This document shows, piece by piece, positions 56,191-64,000 of a stretch of 64,000 nt of DNA (the first letter of the stretch is position 1; each line of letters opens with the position of its first letter). Below the pieces are notes generated by a model. The model searched no databases. It was given only the letters and a program-made list of their open reading frames with translations, and had not been told where the DNA came from. This stretch comes from an uncultured Gammaproteobacteria bacterium. GTDB taxonomy: Bacteria; Patescibacteriota; Microgenomatia; UBA8517. Location: NCBI GenBank assembly GCA_964494885.1, contig CAZBTH010000001.1:46319-110318 (forward strand), given 5' to 3'. A program made the translations under genes and the position numbers.

Positions 56191-56909
56191 TTCAAAAAAT
56201 TTTTGATTAATACAACAACCTCATCCGGGTGGGTAAAAAATGGGGAATGTCTGGCGCCCTCTATGATTTCCAGTTTTGATTTAATGATCAGTTTATTAAT
56301 AAGCACTGCATCAGAAACCGGAGTAATTTTGTCTTCTTTTCCCCAGATGATAAGAGTTGGAATTTCTATTTTTGATAAAAACGGAACCAAATCATGGTGT
56401 GTAAGATTGACCATGGACAATTTCATGTTTGGAGTCGCTTTTTGGTAATCTCTTTCCCCTGCTAAGTAATACAGAAAATCTTTTAACACATCCGAGGATG
56501 TAATTTTTTTACCAATTTTGGAGATAGATCCAAAAACAAAACGTTTTATTTGAAGAAATAATTCTCTGTGATAAACCCCCGCTGTATCAATCAGGATCAA
56601 TCGATCAATTTTTTCTGGATGAACTGACGCAAAAAACGCAGCTATCCGACCTCCATTAGAATGCCCCAAGAGAATAACCTTATCCTTAATATTTGAAAGT
56701 TTATTCTCCAACCAATCAGAGTATTTTTGAACATCCCAGATTTTATCACTCTGTTTTGTAAGTCCTGGAATTTTTATAATAACAGGGTCAAGGCCATTAT
56801 TCTTTAGTAACTTAGAAAACACCTCCCACATATCCAGCGAATATGTCCATCCATGTAATATGTATATTTTTTTGTTTAGAGTCCCCATTTTTTCCTTCTG
56901 ATCTCCCAA
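56187..56909 (-). CDS. Alpha/beta fold hydrolase
   Basis: LHGW, GHSNGG, WGKED, H. Confidence 0.88.
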   Translation of the reverse strand: MGDQKEKMGTLNKKIYILHGWTYSLDMWEVFSKLLKNNGLDPVIIKIPGLTKQSDKIWDVQKYSDWLENKLSNIKDKVILLGHSNGGRIAAFFASVHPEKIDRLILIDTAGVYHRELFLQIKRFVFGSISKIGKKITSSDVLKDFLYYLAGERDYQKATPNMKLSMVNLTHHDLVPFLSKIEIPTLIIWGKEDKITPVSDAVLINKLIIKSKLEIIEGARHSPFFTHPDEVVVLIKNFLK

Positions 56910-58147
56910 ACCTTTTCTCTACGAGCCAGATATTTAGCGTCCGCTTTATTCTCCAAAAGGTTTTCTATTACTCCTTCCAGAAATCTCGCGCCTTTAAAAA
57001 GAATTGTTTCTCCTCCCTTTATATTTTTCGAAAGATAATCTAACGTTTCCTTCGGTCCTAAAAAATGCTCGATGACAATATTAGAATTTAATTTTTTCCG
57101 AAGTATTGGATATGTATATTTTGTTACCCGGGGACCCATTAAAATTATTCGATCGAACCCAAATGCCGATATGTAATCTGCAAGTTTCTCGTGTTCCTCT
57201 TTTTCTGCGATTCCTTGTTCCAACATATCTCCCAACACTACCCACTTTTTTCCAGATTTAATTTCGCCAAACATTTCAATAACTGCTTTCATGGAATCTA
57301 AATTGGCATTGTATGAACTATCGACTATTGTGGTATTTTTTATTCCCTCAAATACAGAATTTCTTCCGGAAGGTAGATGTAAATTTGGAAAATCTTTATC
57401 AAAATCAAATTTCAAATACTTCAACAATTCTTTACACATTAAAATAGAAGTGCCGATTTTCTTTGGCAATAAATATTTTAATTTATAAGACTGATCCGAA
57501 AATCTAAATTCTGTTAACCCCGAACTAACGATGTATTTTTCTAATTTTGCAATTGATACTTTTTTTACCTCTGCCTGGACCCTCTTCATTTGGTCATTTT
57601 GCAGTTTCGACCCTGAGTCAATAACTACCAATTTTTTTGTCCTCTCCGCAAAAAAACCAAACTCATAAGCAATCGCTTCTTCGACCGAGCCGAATTTGCC
57701 ATTTTTTACCAGATTCTCAAAATTTATGGTGTGGGTCCTTGCAACATTCGTCCAAAGGGTAACTTCCGGTTTTAATAAACTACTCAAAAAATCACCTTCG
57801 TGAGGTCTGTCGCAATCCGCTTCAACAATATATATTTTCTCATCAGGGAGCTTTTTGAAAATATTAATCCAAGGCAAAAAAGGTATTGTAAACCATTCCG
57901 CTAAAGTTAAGTCCTTCCGGTGAATATCCAAAATATCGAAAGGTATTCCAATTGCGCTATTTGCATGATGACTATAACGTGCCTCATTCCCCAGCTGGGA
58001 TTCAACCAAATGGAGCAAGGTTGTCTTGCCGCTTGAACCGGTAATTACAACAACGCTCGGATTCCACTTTTTAAGCCTTATTGAAGCAAAAAAACGAAAG
58101 TAACCGGCCAGGGGAAAATATAAAAGCTGTTTAATTTTTTGGAACAT
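56876..58147 (-). CDS. murF: Mur ligase, MurF-like
   Basis: ITGSSGKTT, DSSYNAN, VLGDMLE.G, LFKGAR. Confidence 0.82.
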   Translation of the reverse strand: MFQKIKQLLYFPLAGYFRFFASIRLKKWNPSVVVITGSSGKTTLLHLVESQLGNEARYSHHANSAIGIPFDILDIHRKDLTLAEWFTIPFLPWINIFKKLPDEKIYIVEADCDRPHEGDFLSSLLKPEVTLWTNVARTHTINFENLVKNGKFGSVEEAIAYEFGFFAERTKKLVVIDSGSKLQNDQMKRVQAEVKKVSIAKLEKYIVSSGLTEFRFSDQSYKLKYLLPKKIGTSILMCKELLKYLKFDFDKDFPNLHLPSGRNSVFEGIKNTTIVDSSYNANLDSMKAVIEMFGEIKSGKKWVVLGDMLEQGIAEKEEHEKLADYISAFGFDRIILMGPRVTKYTYPILRKKLNSNIVIEHFLGPKETLDYLSKNIKGGETILFKGARFLEGVIENLLENKADAKYLARREKVWEIRRKKWGL

Positions 58148-58148
58148 T

Positions 58149-58955
58149 TTAAGAATTAAGTGTGACCTTATCTATTCTACCCTTAATTCTTTCTCCTAGA
58201 AACATTTCTGCAACTTTTGCGAATCTTTCGGTCAAATCGGTCACGAAGAAATTCTTTTTTCCACTGATTTTCTGCTCATTTAACATTTTATTCTTTGATA
58301 AGAAATCAAAAACTTCTTTGGCAACTGATTTTCCAGGATCGACAATTCTGACGTGATTATCTACCTCCATGGCAATAAGCTTTCCGATAATCGGATAATG
58401 AGTACAACCTATTACCAGAGTATCTATCTTTTTTATTTTTAACTTTGAAAGATACTCCTGCGCGACTTCTTTTAAGCCGGCACTTTTAATTTCCCCTTCT
58501 TCAATGAACGGAACAAACAAAGGACACGCCAAAGAAATTATTTTCACGGATTTTGAATATTTTTTAATATCTTTCTCGTAGGCTTTACTCGCAATAGTCG
58601 CTCGCGTTCCGATTACGCCTATTTTCCCTCCCACTCTTGCCGCCTCTTTGGCTGCGGGATCGATCACTTCAAAAATTGGAATATTCTTAAACTTCTTTTT
58701 TAAATAATCTGCAGCGACAGCTGAGGAAGTATTGCAGGCAATTACAATGCATTTAACTTTTTTGGAAATCAGAAATTGTGTATTTTCTTCTGAAAACTTT
58801 TTTATTGTCTCCGGACTTCTCGGGCCATATGGAACTCTGGCGGTGTCTCCAAGATAGATAATATCTTCGTGAGGAAGAAGCTTGATAATCTGCTTGGCAA
58901 CAGTTAACCCGCCAAGTCCCGAGTCGAATATTCCAATGGGGCTATTTTTGCTCAT
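58149..58955 (-). CDS. murI: Glutamate racemase
   Basis: IGIFDSGLGGLTV, PYG, IACNT, GCTHYP. Confidence 0.96.
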   Translation of the reverse strand: MSKNSPIGIFDSGLGGLTVAKQIIKLLPHEDIIYLGDTARVPYGPRSPETIKKFSEENTQFLISKKVKCIVIACNTSSAVAADYLKKKFKNIPIFEVIDPAAKEAARVGGKIGVIGTRATIASKAYEKDIKKYSKSVKIISLACPLFVPFIEEGEIKSAGLKEVAQEYLSKLKIKKIDTLVIGCTHYPIIGKLIAMEVDNHVRIVDPGKSVAKEVFDFLSKNKMLNEQKISGKKNFFVTDLTERFAKVAEMFLGERIKGRIDKVTLNS

Positions 58956-60201
58956 TAAGAAGTGATTGTACAGCTTTTTTGAATTGATTTCCTCTATCTT
59001 TATAATTTTTAAACATATCAAAGCTTGCTGCAGCGGGCGATAAAATTACTACCCCACCTTTTTCTGTGATCTCAAATGCTTTATCAACAATTTCTTTCAT
59101 TGAAGAAAACCCAAGATCATAAATCTTACCTTTAAAGGGTGACCCTTTAAAGGTCTTAGCTATCACCTCTCGAATTTGGCCTATCAAAATTATATTTTTA
59201 ACATTTTGTTTATTTGACACAACACTTCCAAGTTCTGAAAAATCAAGCCCTTTGTCGCTTCCACCCAAAATTAACGTCTCCGGTTCTGTAAATGAATTAA
59301 TCGCGGCTATTGTGGGTTGGGGCCCAGTCGCAAAAGAATCATTGTAAAAAGTTCGTCCTTCAACCTCGGTAACCAACTCAAGTCTGTGCTCAAGCCCTTT
59401 AAAATTTCTGACGGTTTGTAAAATGAAATCTTCATTAATACCTAAAACTTTAGCAACAGATACAGCAGCGGATATATTTTCTAAATTATGCTCTCCGCGA
59501 AGAAGTAATTTTTCCTTGTATTTTGGATCGAGTGTTTTTTTTGAAAACCACACCACCTTAGCTTTTGTTTCTTTGGCAAAACTTTTTGGTAAATCATAAT
59601 TCTCATTAATAACAGCAAAGTCTGATGCTAATTGGTATCTGACAATGTTTTTCTTTGCATCAATATATTCTTCTTGATTTTTATGCCAATCCATGTGGTC
59701 TGAAGTGATATTAAGAACAACTGCGATATTTGGACTTCTATCTAAATCTATCAACTGAAACGATGACATCTCCATTATCACAAAACTATCTTTTGTTAGT
59801 TTTGGCAAAAGCTCAAGGTAGGGTTTGCCGATATTGCCTGATAGATAAACGTCGCGTCCGTCCGCTTTTAGTATCTCGTAAATTAACGTTGAAGTTGTTC
59901 CCTTTCCTTTTGTTCCTGTCACAGCAATAATTTTCCCAGGACATTCCTCAAAAAATATTTTGACTGCTGATGTAATTTTTATTCCCGACTTTTCGGCTGC
60001 CACAATTTCCGGTAAATATCGATAGACCCCAGGAGAACGTACTACATACTCGAATTCGTTTAAGTTACCAAGATATTTTTGATCAAATTTTTGATCGAAA
60101 ATTTTGATTTTTGCACTTTGATTTTTGAGATATCTTTCTGTATCTTGCCCTTCCAATCCATAACCTAAAATTGCTACCTTTTTGTTTTGATATTTATTCA
60201 T
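58942..60201 (-). CDS. murD: UDP-MurNAc-L-Ala-D-Glu ligase
   Basis: TGTKGKGTT, EMSSFQL, DHMDWH, HRLE, NDS, SPAAASFD. Confidence 0.95.
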   Translation of the reverse strand: MNKYQNKKVAILGYGLEGQDTERYLKNQSAKIKIFDQKFDQKYLGNLNEFEYVVRSPGVYRYLPEIVAAEKSGIKITSAVKIFFEECPGKIIAVTGTKGKGTTSTLIYEILKADGRDVYLSGNIGKPYLELLPKLTKDSFVIMEMSSFQLIDLDRSPNIAVVLNITSDHMDWHKNQEEYIDAKKNIVRYQLASDFAVINENYDLPKSFAKETKAKVVWFSKKTLDPKYKEKLLLRGEHNLENISAAVSVAKVLGINEDFILQTVRNFKGLEHRLELVTEVEGRTFYNDSFATGPQPTIAAINSFTEPETLILGGSDKGLDFSELGSVVSNKQNVKNIILIGQIREVIAKTFKGSPFKGKIYDLGFSSMKEIVDKAFEITEKGGVVILSPAAASFDMFKNYKDRGNQFKKAVQSLLNEQK

Positions 60202-60210
60202 ATTTTTGTC

Positions 60211-60236
60211 ACTTAAATACTATATAGTATTTAAGT
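60211..60236. repeat. 26-bp perfect AT-rich palindrome
   Basis: ACTTAAATACTATATAGTATTTAAGT; matches 10316-10343. Confidence 0.85.
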
Positions 60237-60244
60237 ATTTGAGC

Positions 60245-62461
60245 CTAGAAATTAATTAATTGGACTTCTCTTTCCAGTCTTATTCCAAATTTTTCATTAA
60301 CGTCGTCGATTATTTCTTGAGATAAATCATAGACTTCTTTTGCTGTGGCTTTGCCAGTTTTATTAATTAATATTAAGGCGTGTTTAGAAGAAACTGCCGC
60401 GTTTTTATATTCTTTGCCTTTCCACCCGGCCTTTTCTATTAACCAACCTGCAGATATTTTGAATTTGTCTCCAAATGGGAAAATAGTAATCCCGGGTAGA
60501 CTTTTTTCTAATTTTTCTTTGGCTTGTTGTGTAATAATCGGGTTCTTGAAAAATGAACCTGCGTTTCCAACCATTTTTGGATTTTCTAGTTTCTCTGATC
60601 TGACTTTCAGTACGGCTTCACGGATTTCTAGAATTGTAGGTTTTTTTGATTTTATATATTTGCTTAATGATTCGTAATTGGCCGTTCCGTAATTGTCTCG
60701 TTTTAGTTTTAAAGTAACACTGGTAATGATATATTTCTGCCAATATCCACTCTTTTTGAAAATACTTTCTCGGTATCCAAATTCGCAATCTTTTTTAAAG
60801 AACGTAACAACTTTGCCTTTTTCTAAATCATATGCCTCAAGACTTATGAACGTATCATCTAACTCCGATCCGTAAGCCCCTATATTCTGAATCGGAGCGG
60901 CCCCAACGGTACCGGGGATTCCCGATAAATTTTCAATCCCTTGAAAACCCCGGGCAACGACTTCTTTTACTAATTTATCCCAATTCGCACCAGCCTCGGC
61001 TTTCGCGTTACCGTCATCGTCGATAATGATATTACTGCCTACATATTTAACAACAATGCCATTGAAATCCTTATCTGACGCTAAAATATCTGTTCCGTCC
61101 CCGATAATAAAAATGGGTAAATTGCTGTAACTTGCAAACTTAACAGCTTCATCGATCTCGTTCTTGGTCCTTACTTCAAAATATTTTTTTATCTCGCCGC
61201 CAATTCTAAAAGACGTAATATCTGAAAATTTAACAATATCGATTTTTCTAGCTTGCCCTGAAATTGCTTTAACAATTTTACGGGCCCACAAATAACTTTT
61301 GCCAGCACCCATGACGACGATTACGTCGTAATCTCCAATCTTCAATCTCCAATCTCTAATAATTTCATCAAATGAGTTAAAGCCAATCGCATTTTTATGG
61401 CCAGACATCTTAGCGACTAGTTCTGGTGTAATCAACTCATCTACTTCGTCTCTAGCTTTAAAGATGGGTCCAATTGTAACTTTATCTGCACTATCAAAAA
61501 CACCTTTATAATTTTCAAGAAGAGCTTTTGTTCTTTTATAACCGTGCGGCTCGTCAATTGCTAAAATTTTTGCTTTTGGATATTCAGCATGAACTGCTTC
61601 GAGAGTTGCCTTTATTGCGGTTGGGTGATGGGCATAATCATCATAAACTTTAATTCCTCCACGATCCTCAATTAGTTCGAGTCGCCTACCAATCCCTTTA
61701 GAATTTTCGATTGAAGAAACAATCTTCTCTTCATCTATTCCCAATGCTTTACCCAACAAAAAAACCATATTAGCGTTTTTTTGGTTATGTTCACCCAAAA
61801 TTTTCAGGTTAAATTTCTTTCCCAAACTATCACCCTCTGTGATTAACAGTTTTTCGCCCTTTAGATTTCCCACAAATTTTTTAAAACCTTCTTTGACTTC
61901 CCCTTCATTTTTAAAAAAATCGGGATGGTCAAATTCAATGTTGTTGATGATTGCAATATCCGGATAGTAATTAAGAAAATTGTCATTAAACTCGTCCGCT
62001 TCGATGACTGCATATTTGCCGTGTCCGAAACGAGAATTTCCTCCCCATTCAGGAACATAAGCACCAACCATCACAATCGGATCGAAACCATTATCGATAA
62101 GGAGTTTTCCGGCCATTGCTGTCGTGGTCGACTTTCCGTGAGTTCCGGCAATACAGATTATTTTTTTATCATTTAGAAGAATCCTGCCCAAGAACTCCTG
62201 CCAGGTCATTAACTTATTTTCTTTTCGTGCCACCTCAATTTCGTCAATTTTTTCTTTGTTGAAATATAAAGCGGGAGACACGACGACCAAATCAGTATCT
62301 TCTAAATGTTGAGGGCTATGTCCTTGAAATATATTTTTTGCATACGCCGTAGAAGATTCTAAATCGCATCCCGTAACTTCGTAACCCATTTTTTCGGCCA
62401 ATTTGGCCACACCTGAAATTCCGCTCCCCCCAATTCCTATAAAATGAATTTTCTTTGTCAT
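60245..62461 (-). CDS. murC: MurC-MurB fusion protein
   Basis: N-terminal GIGGSG, GTHGKSTT, EADE, DDYAHHP; C-terminal GIPGTVG, NIGAYG, NAGSFFKNP, LEREV. Confidence 0.93.
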   Translation of the reverse strand: MTKKIHFIGIGGSGISGVAKLAEKMGYEVTGCDLESSTAYAKNIFQGHSPQHLEDTDLVVVSPALYFNKEKIDEIEVARKENKLMTWQEFLGRILLNDKKIICIAGTHGKSTTTAMAGKLLIDNGFDPIVMVGAYVPEWGGNSRFGHGKYAVIEADEFNDNFLNYYPDIAIINNIEFDHPDFFKNEGEVKEGFKKFVGNLKGEKLLITEGDSLGKKFNLKILGEHNQKNANMVFLLGKALGIDEEKIVSSIENSKGIGRRLELIEDRGGIKVYDDYAHHPTAIKATLEAVHAEYPKAKILAIDEPHGYKRTKALLENYKGVFDSADKVTIGPIFKARDEVDELITPELVAKMSGHKNAIGFNSFDEIIRDWRLKIGDYDVIVVMGAGKSYLWARKIVKAISGQARKIDIVKFSDITSFRIGGEIKKYFEVRTKNEIDEAVKFASYSNLPIFIIGDGTDILASDKDFNGIVVKYVGSNIIIDDDGNAKAEAGANWDKLVKEVVARGFQGIENLSGIPGTVGAAPIQNIGAYGSELDDTFISLEAYDLEKGKVVTFFKKDCEFGYRESIFKKSGYWQKYIITSVTLKLKRDNYGTANYESLSKYIKSKKPTILEIREAVLKVRSEKLENPKMVGNAGSFFKNPIITQQAKEKLEKSLPGITIFPFGDKFKISAGWLIEKAGWKGKEYKNAAVSSKHALILINKTGKATAKEVYDLSQEIIDDVNEKFGIRLEREVQLINF

Positions 62462-63522
62462 TTTTTACCTTTCAGACTCTTTACAAAACCTGATATCTTC
62501 CTAACCTCCTCAGGTGTTGTAGACCCGTGACCCCCCTCAACTTCTAAGACTTCGATTTTTTGTGGATCTGTATCGTTTATACTTTCGATATATTTATCAG
62601 GGACGCTACCCACAATTTTGTCATTTTTCATTTTTATCATTAAAATTTTTGAGTTTGGCTCATTGGCATATTTTTTGATTGAATCAAAGGCGTAAGAGTC
62701 TTCCGGAGATTTAGTTTTAATAACCCCTTTTTCTCCACCAAACACTGGTTCCTGTTCACTTTTTTGACCGAATTTTACATGATGTGCAAATACCGAATAA
62801 GCTGCCGGCTCAGTTAAAACCAAGCCGTCGGCGCCGACTTTTTCAGCTACCACTGTAGCTACTTCACCCCCCATACTGTCTCCAATTATTATAATGTTAC
62901 CATTCCACTTAATGCCTTTATCTGCATATTCTTCAACCAAATTATCTTGGGTGTACTTGAGAGCAATGAGGATATCAGCCACACGGTCATCCAAACCGTA
63001 ATCCTCTTTTGCTTTGTGAGACTGGGGTCCTCTGTGATCCATAGCAATTAAAATCATATCTGGATTATCTTCATAAAGCATTGGAAGGTATCCACTCGAC
63101 GCAATCACTTCTGAATGTATCTTTCCGCCATGACTAAAAATTACTAAAGGAACTCCATCCTTTAAACCTTCCTTACTAACTTTTTCTGGAGACAGAAAAC
63201 TATATATTTTCAGAGACTGTTCTCCACTCCGGTCTGGACCCCGTACCTCGTCGGGTATATTTTCCTGGAAACCGATTGTTATGACTTCTGTAGAAACAGT
63301 CTCGGTTTCCGAAATATTCAAATCTCTTAATGTTCTCTTTGTATTTAGTAAAAATGCATCTTCTTCACCTGGCTTTACCGCCGGTCTTTGAGGTAAAACG
63401 GGAATCTCAACAAAACCACCATCAACGGTCGACTCGTTTAAACGGATAGATCTTATCGATAGTTCTCGATCGACGGGAGGATGATTTAAGTACTCTTCAA
63501 CCATGTCATCTATTGATTCCAT
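62458..63522 (-). CDS. Alpha/beta fold hydrolase
   Basis: FSHGG, DHRG, GDSMGG, D, GGH. Confidence 0.8.
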   Translation of the reverse strand: MESIDDMVEEYLNHPPVDRELSIRSIRLNESTVDGGFVEIPVLPQRPAVKPGEEDAFLLNTKRTLRDLNISETETVSTEVITIGFQENIPDEVRGPDRSGEQSLKIYSFLSPEKVSKEGLKDGVPLVIFSHGGKIHSEVIASSGYLPMLYEDNPDMILIAMDHRGPQSHKAKEDYGLDDRVADILIALKYTQDNLVEEYADKGIKWNGNIIIIGDSMGGEVATVVAEKVGADGLVLTEPAAYSVFAHHVKFGQKSEQEPVFGGEKGVIKTKSPEDSYAFDSIKKYANEPNSKILMIKMKNDKIVGSVPDKYIESINDTDPQKIEVLEVEGGHGSTTPEEVRKISGFVKSLKGKK

Positions 63523-63523
63523 T

Positions 63524-64000
63524 TTAATTATGTCCTTTTAGTTTCTTGTCCATCTTCCTATTTGCTTCCGCAAGTTGTTCCGGAGTATTAATCCCCTGCC
63601 ATTCGTCGTCATTAGGTAAAGTATATGTAGCCATTCTGTCACCTTGGTCTATTGCAAGTTTAATTAAATCTACAAGATAGTACTCACCTTGAGCACTTTT
63701 ATTAACTTTTTTAATATTTTGGGAGAACCATTTTTTATCAAAAACATAAAGGCCGTCATTGACTTCGTTAATTTTTCTTTCTGCATCAGTTGCGTCTTTC
63801 TCCTCAACAATTTTTGCAATAAGACCGTCGGGTCTACGTATAACACGGCCCAATCCTGTTGGATTTTCTTTCATCAAAGATACAAATGTAAGTTTCCGCT
63901 CTCTATCTGTGTGGATTTCTAAAATCTTTTTAATTGTTTCCGGAGTGTAAAAAGCACTGTCGTCTCCGTTTATGATTAAAAGGGTTTTAGTGTTTGGAGA
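63524..64000 (-). CDS. GlmU-type N-terminal nucleotidyltransferase, 5'-partial; no acetyltransferase domain
   Basis: NGDD, P.GLGRVIR, IVEEKDA, EVN.G.Y, GEYYLVDL, GINT; frame open to the window edge. Confidence 0.88.
   Translation of the reverse strand, partial: SPNTKTLLIINGDDSAFYTPETIKKILEIHTDRERKLTFVSLMKENPTGLGRVIRRPDGLIAKIVEEKDATDAERKINEVNDGLYVFDKKWFSQNIKKVNKSAQGEYYLVDLIKLAIDQGDRMATYTLPNDDEWQGINTPEQLAEANRKMDKKLKGHN

Noticed and set aside
215-63950. Many 60-160 aa ORFs antisense to or nested in core genes
   Set aside because: Shadow ORFs of well-supported genes with no independent motifs.

Overview
AT-rich bacterial chromosomal window, most likely Patescibacteria/CPR of the Microgenomates (Woesebacteria-like) type; this is inferred from gene content, TANNNT boxes just before start codons and tRNAs lacking encoded CCA. 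Housekeeping genes lie mostly on the minus strand: ruvC, sod, yraN, rplS, dnaE, gatCAB, htpX/lemA, polX, dus, obgE, parB, rpmA/rplU, rodA, ileS and a dcw/mur cluster (ftsZ, ftsA, ftsQ, murG, ftsW, mraY, femX-like, murF-like, murI, murD, murC-murB fusion, glmU-like). There is also a surface-glycan cluster at 26-35 kb. The most unusual region is a ~740 bp non-coding operon (620-1361, minus strand). It has its own sigma70 promoter, an operator-like palindrome and boxA-like motifs. It encodes four atypical tRNAs interleaved with two related ~75-nt non-tRNA structured RNAs and ends in three more long hairpins. Other notable features: a group I intron at position 35/36 of tRNA-Asp; several families of REP-like palindromes and 7-nt periodic repeats inserted in-frame in core proteins, over ribosome-binding sites and inside the intron; a TrpR-like gene and a RAYT each bracketed by their own palindromes; and an IleRS2 with a GVHH signature motif. 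All calls come from reading the sequence and recognising motifs; no searches or folding programs were run.
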